DNA of 64,000 bases from Lingula anatina (Eukaryota > Animalia > Brachiopoda), in assembly GCA_051362555.1 (NCBI GenBank), contig CM120648.1:349721-413720 (forward strand). Reading direction: 5' to 3'. Positions 54,725 through 64,000 of this stretch are shown piece after piece. The notes below the pieces were generated by a model. It saw nothing but the letters and a program-made list of their open reading frames with translations, was not told the DNA's origin and did not search any database. The position numbers and the translations under genes are program-made. How positions within the stretch are numbered: the stretch's first letter is position 1; every line of letters begins with the position of its first letter.

Positions 54725-57700
54725 CTTGGTTTAGGCTACTGATACTATGACACCAATATCAGAGTGTGACCAAAGCGCATGGATGACTGCACTGTGTCAC
54801 TGTCAGAGGTACAAATATGAGTAGAAGATCGAAATCCCGAGAATAGAGAGAGCGTACCGGATCACATCATCGGTGCATCTTGTTATACTTATTAATATCA
54901 TCGCCTCCCACGCGCAATGATGTACTTGTTGTTTTCACACTGTCGGTGTGCACACAGGGTTACATGCGTGTGCGTGTGCTTTTGTGTTCGTGTGAGGAGG
55001 CTTACTTGAGAAGTTCAGATTTTAACAACATGCAATAAACGGCAAAAAATATAAAGTAGTTGATAGGCTTAGTTTTTAAAACTTATTGCCTTATCATATG
55101 CTTTATTTGGTCAAAAATGGAGAGCCTGGAACTTGGAGAGATGTTAAGTGAGATAAAGAGACCCATGCCAAGTTAATTGCACGTCACTTCCGATAAAAAG
55201 TATAACATGTGTGCGTTATGGGGCGACCCCCAAGAGTGGACAAAGCCTAACGTGTCGCTTTAAAGTATAATTGGGCAATTTGCTCCCAAAAAATATTTTA
55301 TTGATTCAGCAGGGGGTGACCGCGTCTTCACTTTTCGTGATTTCCTAAACGGAAAGCGATTTTTAAAGAACCAGAATGCAATATTAATGTAATTCATCAA
55401 GACCCGCCAGAACTGTCAATTACCTGGAATTTGGATAATCTGTTGGCAATCCGATTGCCACTCTACAGGCGGACGAATGACCCTCATTAGGCTCCGGGAA
55501 ATGAACTGCATCTACACTGATGCCTCGCCTTGAATGAACTGCGCTTGCAATAACACTTACGGTTCAGTGTGCGTTTATGCTATGGCTTCCGTTTGTTTAT
55601 TGTTGCAGTTACCAGGTTACATTTTTTTATTTTTCTCGATATTGAGGGACACATCTGCATTAGAAGTGGTGCATCTCTCAGACTTTTTATGATTGAGGTA
55701 TCACCATTTGTTTTTACCTCTTCTTGGTTTGCTTTTTTTCAGTTTTTCAGTGCGGGACCCCCCCCCCACACACACACACAGCAACCATCCAAAGATACAC
55801 CCTGGGGGCACAAAACTACATTAAGAGTATTTTTTATATCAAGCCAGGGCCTGTTTGTGCTCAAGGCTAAATCTTTTGACGTTCTCTCCGAAACCAAGAA
55901 CTTTCTTTCTTTCAAAAACAGTGGTTCGCGTACAGTAGGAAAAGCTCGTCATTGATGGTCAAGAATATTAATTATATATAGCTATGGGGTCTTGAGTAGC
56001 AAATGTATAGGGGTGTTCTTATCTATATCACGCACCGGATTAGCTCTGTTATTTTTTTCTTCTTTTTACTTTATGGGCAAGGTACACCAGCGTATGTGTG
56101 TCTATGACTGAAAGTAGGTGTGGTTTCTTATGTCTCAAATTGTGGGGATTTTGAACTTGGTCACAGCCTCCCGTCACTATGTTATGGTCTCTTTCTCTCT
56201 CTCTCTCTCTCTCCACTTCCTTGTAACCAGGTGAACAAGGGCAGCTGTCATTCGGTTCAGAGCTTTCAGAGAGTTTCCATCATTTCAACAGCAACGTGTT
56301 TGAAAAGATCAATCCTGGCCCGTGGCAAAGGAGGGCTTGTCAAAATGCAGAATTATCCCCTTGACTAGTTCCCCGCCCGGTGTGCCTAATTCAGTAGAAA
56401 TAACCAATTACGTCGAGTTTGATGATATATGTAATCCACATCTGCAATGATTATTAAAATGCCCGCCGGGTAAGGTACCAGTGCGGCTAGCTAGGAGTGG
56501 CTCTTGCAAAGGTTAGTGCTACTTTTGCACTGAAGATGGCGTTGACCCTTGAAATGTGTTCAACACTTTCTGAGCGTGTTTACCGAAAACTGTAGCAGTT
56601 CTTAGACGCACATGTGCTGTTTATCCCGACAAAGAAACATGTATCTTTCCACGGCTTATAAGATCAAATTCAATACTTGTTACGTTTTTAAAGAAGGATA
56701 ATTAATAAACAGAACTTAAAAGCAATATATGTGCGCAGTTATTTTTCATATTAAGTTTGAGTTAAACGTGTGCACTGTGAAACCTGCTGTAATATTTGTT
56801 CAACATGCTGAATACTCTTCACTGTTGTACTGTAGAAGAGTAGCCAATCGTGAGTTTCGGGGTAATGCGGGCACCTGCTAATTTCTTATCTTCGATTGTG
56901 TCCCTCTTCTTCGTCTTTTACCTACAAAAACAAGAAAATATAATATCCTTGCTCCTTTAATACATCTATGCCACAGTACTCGAAAAACTTTTCTAAAGTT
57001 ATTTTTTTCCATCCTTGTGTCCTCCTCCCCCCCCCCCCTACACACACACACACATACACACACATACAGTCCCCATAGCAAAATCTGGAGCACGCCATTT
57101 CTCGGCTGTTTGCTGGTTGGAATCATGAAATGGTCAAATAATATTTTTGTTTCAACCAGCAGCAACGCCTTTTTCCCCATTTTATTATTAGAGTCGGCCG
57201 TATTCTCTGAAATTACGTATTATTATAGAAAACGTCGTGGTGGCATTTTGTTGTCGGTCCACTCATCGCTATCTTACACTGCCATGGTGGATAAAATATC
57301 CTTAATTTTTGCAAAGGAGATGATTGATTCTTGAAACAATACGATCAGAAATATGTAATAATATTTATCTTTCAATGGCTTGATTAAAGACATACTATTA
57401 TTACTATAATGGCTTATAGGGTTTCTTCTGTTGATGGTACATCTCCAACTCCGGACGATTCTGTAATTGGTTTTGCTATCAAAATGGATATGTCTCCCTC
57501 AATTACACTATAAACAATGAAGTAATTTAATCCCAGGCGGCAGCGGTCTCTCATACCGACTCCAATTACTTCAACTACAATTGTCTTGCTGTCGTAGTAA
57601 CGACACTTATCATCCAACCCGCATTGGTCTCCTCGTTATAGCTTTGACGCATTAAACATCGTTAAATTGCCTTTCAATCAGAAAACATTTTCCATCGCAG

Positions 57701-60700
57701 GATTGTAAGTTGTAATTTGTCTGGTCGTTATGGTTGATTCCGCGATGGATTTGGCAATTTAGGGACTATGTAATGGTGTTAGGGAGTGATCTTGTCTGAC
57801 CTTGGCAGGAAGAGAGAGTTGGGGGTGAGAGAGAGAGAGAGAGAAAGGGGAGGGAGAGAAAGAAATAAAGTTGTGAAGAAGGAGAGAGTTTAGAACGGTT
57901 AAAGGAAATGGAGTGAGAGTTCCTCTTAAACTGCCCGCAATGAAGGCATTTCCGTAGTTTCATCTTTTCAAGATGCATAGTTCAATTCACTGACTAGATA
58001 ATGATATCAAGTCAAATAGCTCTTTGGCCAGACTAGATGATAAATATTTTCCCCAATCACCATAAAGTCAACCCAAATGACACGATATCAATTCGGATAA
58101 TGTTTTATGAGAGCGGGCCTCGGTAATGTGTATTTTTTTGCCAAAGATATAATGGCGCAAAAAGGTCGATGCGGTGCATCCTGAATCAAAGACGTGTCGT
58201 CTGCCAGCCCACTGAAAATAACCCATTGTTATGGAATCTCACGTTTACAAGGAGATAACAATGTACAAAAAGCTAAAGGAAAAAAATTCTCAAACACTTT
58301 TTGTTCATGTTGCGATCTGTTTGTCAGTTATACACTTGGGTATAAACAGTTGTGATTGGCGTCCAGCAGTGCTCTCAATGTACGTTTTAAACCTCTTGGT
58401 TGTTTCCATTTATGATACGATATTGTACGAAATGGCTGTCATATACAATGTTGATATGTCTTAGAGTAAACCATTACATGTAGATACTGATAGTTTTTGG
58501 GTGCTTTTGGTGTGTAAACGAGCGCGTGCAGGCGTGAGCGTTCATCATTTCACTTATCCAATGGAGATCGTACGTTATTTTTTGATGAACATGTACAAAA
58601 GGGATATACTGTTTCCTTCGGGAAGCTAACTGAAGAGCTCATGCCCCAATTTCCCCATGGCCAAGATAAAAGGGCCGCTTTCACATAGGAACTTTTGGTC
58701 AGAAATCTGTTCTCGATTTTAAAACTGCTCTGTTCTACTTCAGTTCTGGATCAAATGATGTATTATTGTCCTTTGTAATTTTGCTATGTCTCTTTTCTTT
58801 AAACAATTACGATAGCAATATTGATATGAACTTGCACACATCGTTATTTATCTTGGGTAAAGTCAGACTTCATACTGTGGTATGAATTTTTGTCGCACAG
58901 TCGTTCTTACTTAATTTTATGAAGCGTGCCACGAAAAGAAGAATCGGATTCGGTGTCTTAAATTTTGATACTTATATGCACTGGATTATAGAGCATTATT
59001 CGTCTGTACCTACCCAATGTACTCTACTGCATTACGGGTTTTAACGCTCAGATCTATCTATTGTGTGAACACATTCTTAAATCCCAATGAGGTGGGATTT
59101 TGTGGGATGCTGTAAAGTTAGGTCTACCTAAAGATACCACTTGCCTTTCAATCATCCAATCACATATCAGATAACACCATGGAAAAGGCTTTATTTCGCC
59201 GGCTGTTGAATCAGTTCTAAGACTGAATCAATTTGACGAATAAGTAATGTAAATACCTTTGATTACATGTATTACTTTTGATCAAATATAAAATCAGAAT
59301 CCCACACAAAAACAGCAAAAAGAGTACCAAGTAAGATTCCATTTCCCGACAGAAATACCATTGTGTGTTCTATCGAGTTCGTCAAAACATATTTCATTTA
59401 ATGATAACAATTGGAAGACGGGAGTCGTGAATAATACTTACTTCTGAGGTTATGACTGTTAAAAAGACAGTGGATTACATAATTTTTTTCTGCTTTCCCT
59501 GACGCCAGTCTCCTTTCGTTGATGCGTCTATTGAATACAACTAGAGCTCTTGTGCGACTTCATTTCATGACAGAAACGAAAACTTAAAGTGTCATTTGGC
59601 GTCTGTAGTAGCAATGGTCATTAAACAGAAGTAATCGAAGACTGATTAACATACGTCATCACATCGTCTATGCGTAAAAAGAATCGACGGTATGGAATCA
59701 ATGCAAGGGACGTCTTGACAACGACAATTTTATACAGAGCGTCCACATTTTGTATACATGGAGTTTTAAAACAGACCGCTTTATTTATTCACTTATTTTA
59801 TCATCAAACTCTCTACCTGTGTATCAACTTTTCATTGATCTATTCACTCTTTCTAATTTACTAATTCATCTTTGTTTATGTGCTTATCATTCTGTTTCGA
59901 TCCATTCTTTCACACACGGCACTGTAAACAATTACATTATCTTGATAACTATTGAATTCCCATCAGTCCAATCCACCCCTCTCCTTTTTGTTTTAAAATA
60001 AGATTTCTGCGCTATTTATTCCATCAATTACATAAATTAATGGTGAAAATGCACTTCATTTAAAGCTTAAATATGTTGTGTATTAATAGTCGTTGACAAG
60101 CGTGTCAAATGAAAAAAAATGAGTATGTCATACATGTATATATATTTTTCCTAATCAGTGTTGGAGCATGCGCATAGACGATCTAGCGGCATTTGGTTGT
60201 ATTCAGTTAATGACAAACATGAAGCCATAAAGTGTCCTTTGTTGAACGAAGCCGTCTAAAAGATACAACTCTCCTGTCCTTTTTATTCCTTTTTTTTCAC
60301 TTTCATCTTACGACAGACTGAATGACCAGAATGATGCATTCTTTGTTCCTCGTAAAATGTATACAAACCTTACAAACCAACAACGCACTCAGTCTAATAA
60401 ACGACCAACACCAATTAAGAAACGCCAGAAATTGAACAGAGGTTATACCGTAGATACAATATCCACCCTTTCCATAAAACAGCTTGAAAGTACCAATAAC
60501 ATTCAGTTGGTAACCGCACTTTGTTGTTTGGGTCTGCCTGTCACGTACGTTCTATTGCAGGATTGACCGATTTGGGTCTATTTTTGGCATGACCCCTGCA
60601 GAAAGAAACTTTTCTTAAGCTTCACAGTGAGTATATGTAGCACATGGAACGGTTTTTTTGGGGGGAGGGGGTATTGAAATATCATATGAAATGTGATTTA

Positions 60701-60717
60701 GTAATGTAATGTACATG

Positions 60718-60721
<4 letters not shown>

Positions 60722-60748
<27 letters not shown>
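60722..60748. repeat. (TA)n microsatellite
   Basis: Direct reading. Confidence 0.9.
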
Positions 60749-60750
<2 letters not shown>

Positions 60751-62377
60751 AAATGCAGCGTGATTTTCCAACAGATGTGAGTTTCCAATATATGCTATGT
60801 AGAGTGAGATAAACCCTACAGTTGAAATAGTTTAAACCATAAAAGCGCCCGCTGAGGTGCCAATTGTATGTTGACCCTCGTGTGCATTTATGTCGAAGTA
60901 TTTTTGAGGCCAAACACCATGTAACACTTCATCATCTCATTTCAAAACAGATGACAATAAAAACTTATTCGATCGGGCGCATTTCCACCCCACGGTTATT
61001 AAATTCTGAGCATGCCTGCAAGTGAGAATTAATAAGTTGCATTAAGTTATGACGCAATCATGACGTCTTACTTTTTGACGCAATGGTGCAGATTGCTTCC
61101 AATTAATGTGCCTACATATGACAGTGGTAGTAAACATATACAGTGTATAGGTGTCTGCACGATCACTTATGGTACTTGAAAACAACGTCCATGCACTGTG
61201 ATTGACGGCGGGAGCACTCACCTTGTTTAACCCTCTGACGTAAGAAGGCTAGGGCAAAGAAAGAAGTGAAATTCAGGGCTTCGCAAAAACATACGTTGCA
61301 TTTTTACGGCATCAATTTACGTAATATGCAAAGGTCGTCTTTTATAAGCTTCATTGGCTCTTATAAAGTAATATTGTAAATATGTTTCATTTTGTACAGG
61401 TCCGCAGTAGAGTATCACTGCATGAGGACTGCTGCGTGCAGCTTCTCCGCTGACTTGAGCTTAACTGAGATAGTTGAATGCTGAGGGACCGGATCTTTTT
61501 CGGTGGCAACATCAAGCACTTCATGGGTCTGCTAGGCCGCTTACTAATCAGTATACCAACACTTCTGCCTCACTTCTAAACTCAGACATGATCAATTCAG
61601 CGAAGAAACTATACGAAACAGTTTTCAAGCAGTTACCAGTTTACGAAAATGAACTATTTTCATTGTCATTGTTAGCAAAGGTATTTTATGGCTACATACG
61701 ATGTAAAACTCCCATAACAACGTGAAAATGTAAGAGTCACCATTTGAGCATTTCTTTGCTATTCAAATTGGATTCACAATGCTTTTATGAAGCAATAATG
61801 ATAACCGACCATGCATGTGACTTTAAAGTCGTTTGATAAGGTACCTGTTGTAACACCGCCAGGTTGACGTGGGGTTGTTTCATTCTTTTCCTTCATAACT
61901 AGAACAATTAATCATTCCATCAATGGCTAATTCTCACAATTATGGTCCGACATCGTAAGGTTTCCACGGGATTCAGCTATGACAACGTAATCTGAGTGTA
62001 ACGATAATTTTGTTTGAAACATGGCAAACTTGGTTCAATATTGCTGTACATACTTTTGTTGCAGAGTAAGTTATAGTAAATTACATGTGTAAGTTATGTT
62101 TGACGCATACAAGCCAAGCTTTCTGGTCGTTTGACGGAAAACAGATATGCTATATGCCATATATTGTGCGTGCACATACACTAATTCACTGTATCTCATC
62201 ACAGTAGTAGAAACACGCGTCTGAATAACAGTGTACATATCACATCAGCTAATGAAACTTTTTTTTTCATTTTTCAGAAACAACAAGACCTAAGCCGTTG
62301 CTAATCATCTTAAACAGGGACACAGAATACTGAAGAAAAAAGAGAGAGGCAGATCATTCTCCCCAGAACGCTTCACC

Positions 62378-62641
62378 CACGTGCATGTTTTTATCTTTTA
62401 AGAACTCCTGGAAAGAGACTTAGCAAGCCACGTGAGCAGATTCAAAAGATTTGAGAGCCTTTCAGAGGGCAACTGAGATGTCAACTCTTTATACAGGGTG
62501 CCTACGTGGCATCATTTCTCTCTTTTTATGACGTTACTGACGAAGTAAAAAGTAAAATTTATTCCGTACTGGAACTGAGTGAACGACAGATTATAATTGC
62601 GTAGGAAGCATTGACGGCACACGTGTCTTGAGCGTCACGTG
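62378..62641. promoter_or_regulatory. Cluster of canonical E-boxes (candidate bHLH/bHLH-PAS enhancer)
   Basis: CACGTG at 62378, 62429, 62620 and 62636, plus TACGTG at 62503, all within 264 bp. A fifth CACGTG is at 63327. Confidence 0.5.
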
Positions 62642-63047
62642 TTCAAAGGATAAAGAGAAATATCATCGCGGTCAACTGATTTTTAGATATTTATGGCGCC
62701 AAACGTGAAGGAATTTAATAGGAACACTCGCCTCTGCTTATAATTATTTGCAAAGAATACTTCAACAGAAACTGAAAAGATACTGAGAAAGAAAATAGCG
62801 GAGTGATTATTGTAAGTACAACAGCAATAGGCTGTAACTATTACGCTCCCTATGCCGCCACGTCTAACCCGATAGTTGTACTTGTAGGCGTCAAATGCGC
62901 GGACGCGTGTTAAAAAACTAGAACACGTCCACTGCGGCACTAAACAGCAGAACCCAAACTGCGTAATCTGCTCCAAGCTGAGACATATAACATGGGTGAT
63001 TCCAGTTTACGGAGTTGATGCTGAACTCTTGGTAATTCTTTCGATTT

Positions 63048-63277
63048 CCGCCTCCCCGCCATCATCGGCCAACAATCTCAGAGAACTACATAACATAAAA
63101 TCACTTGACATTTCGACGGCATAAATTCTCTCGATTTCCTGACAACATTTCATTGGCTGTAATCAGGCTTATCGGGAAAGGAGCTTGGTTTTCTGAGTAA
63201 TGATTGGAAGAAGAGGAAATCTGGGCTCGACTGTGAGGTCTTATTTAAACCGCAGTCACTAGGAGTTTTGTTCAATG
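63048..63277 (+). promoter_or_regulatory. Putative proximal promoter of the GPCR gene
   Basis: GC-box-like CCGCCTCCCCGCC at 63048-63060, two reverse CCAAT boxes (ATTGG 63152, 63203), TATA-like TATTTAAA at 63242-63249 and an Inr-like TCAATG at 63272, about 30 nt downstream. It lies about 510 nt before the ATG. Confidence 0.55.
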
Positions 63278-63781
63278 ACTGGCTGACACCCTTTTCTCTT
63301 CGCGTGAGAGACAGACAGGGTTACTTCACGTGGGGGAGCACCCAGGAGTGCCACACAGAACAGCATTTCAGAGAGGAAACCGTGAAGGAAGCAATGGTTT
63401 CCTAGCGAGCTTAAAAGCAGGTCTGAAACTAACAGTGATGCATCACTATTAGCAATTTACTACCGTGATTTTGCTTTTGAGTAGTACTACTTCGTAACTC
63501 ATTGGTGAATTGACAGTTTGCTTCAATGTTATACCCTTTCCTCAAAGCACATGCTATAAATTAGCCACTGATGACAGGCCCACCACTTTGTTAAAGGAAA
63601 AGTGTAACATCTATCACCAGACAAGAAAAAAGTGGAAGGGTGTTTGAGACACTGATTTATGGAAGATTTCTTCGACGTTCTTGTAATTCAGTGTTCTGCA
63701 AGAGACTCTTAGCGATACACAAAGGACCAACAGTTCAGATTATAAAAACCAGGAAAAATAACAGTGATAAAAACAGTCGAA

Positions 63782-64000
63782 ATGGATTCAGTTAAATACA
63801 AGCAGATGACGAACGATTCAAACGTGACTTTTTCTGGCACGTTTCTAGACGAGAATTCAACTAGCATCATGGACGCTTCCAATTTTTCTTCAAATTCCAC
63901 GGGCAGTGGTCACGGGCTGCAGGGTGGACTGATGCATTTCTCAGAAGTTTACAAAAACATTCATGGCGGACTCGCAGTGACAATTTGTATATTTGGGATC
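63782..64000 (+). CDS. Class A (rhodopsin-like) neuropeptide GPCR, myosuppressin receptor/DMSR-1/sex-peptide-receptor-like; N-terminus and start of TM1, truncated by window end
   Basis: Open frame from ATG 63782 (in-frame TAA upstream at 63743) to the window end: MDSVKYKQMTNDSNVTFSGTFLDENSTSIMDASNFSSNSTGSGHGLQGGLMHFSEVYKNIHGGLAVTICIFGI. There are five N-x-S/T sequons in a Ser/Thr-rich N-terminus without a signal peptide. The F..Y..IHG.L.V.ICIFGI segment matches the TM1 entry motif I recall for myosuppressin/DMSR-type receptors. The subfamily call rests on TM1 only. Confidence 0.88.
   Translation, partial: MDSVKYKQMTNDSNVTFSGTFLDENSTSIMDASNFSSNSTGSGHGLQGGLMHFSEVYKNIHGGLAVTICIFGI

Noticed and set aside
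61474-61725. 83-aa ORF inside a possible exon (acceptor 61399)
   Set aside because: Non-ATG start and no recognisable homology. The GPCR frame has its own upstream stop, so it is unlikely to be an N-terminal extension.

Overview
AT-rich, microsatellite- and MITE-rich eukaryotic DNA. It looks like a marine invertebrate genome, probably a lophotrochozoan such as a mollusc (inference from repeat types, abundant TACATGTA and the receptor type). The window is almost entirely non-coding and none of the supplied ORFs looks like a real protein. The one convincing CDS is missing from the ORF track because it runs off the edge. At 63782-64000(+) are the first 73 codons of a class A neuropeptide GPCR of the myosuppressin-receptor/DMSR-1-like group, with five N-glycosylation sequons followed by YKNIHGGLAVTICIFGI. 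Upstream of it lie a CCAAT/CCAAT/TATA-like promoter, a leader full of uORFs and a tight CACGTG E-box cluster. Further upstream are several + strand non-coding exon candidates, including a TATA/Inr promoter at 21.3 kb, which may be distal 5'UTR exons or a lncRNA. There is also a nuclear-receptor element cluster (DR0 x2, DR4-DR4) and several non-autonomous DNA transposons with visible TIRs/TSDs. I found no CRISPR, tRNA, rRNA or recognisable miRNA, and no evidence for a wholly new multi-gene system. The best leads are regulatory hypotheses read by eye.
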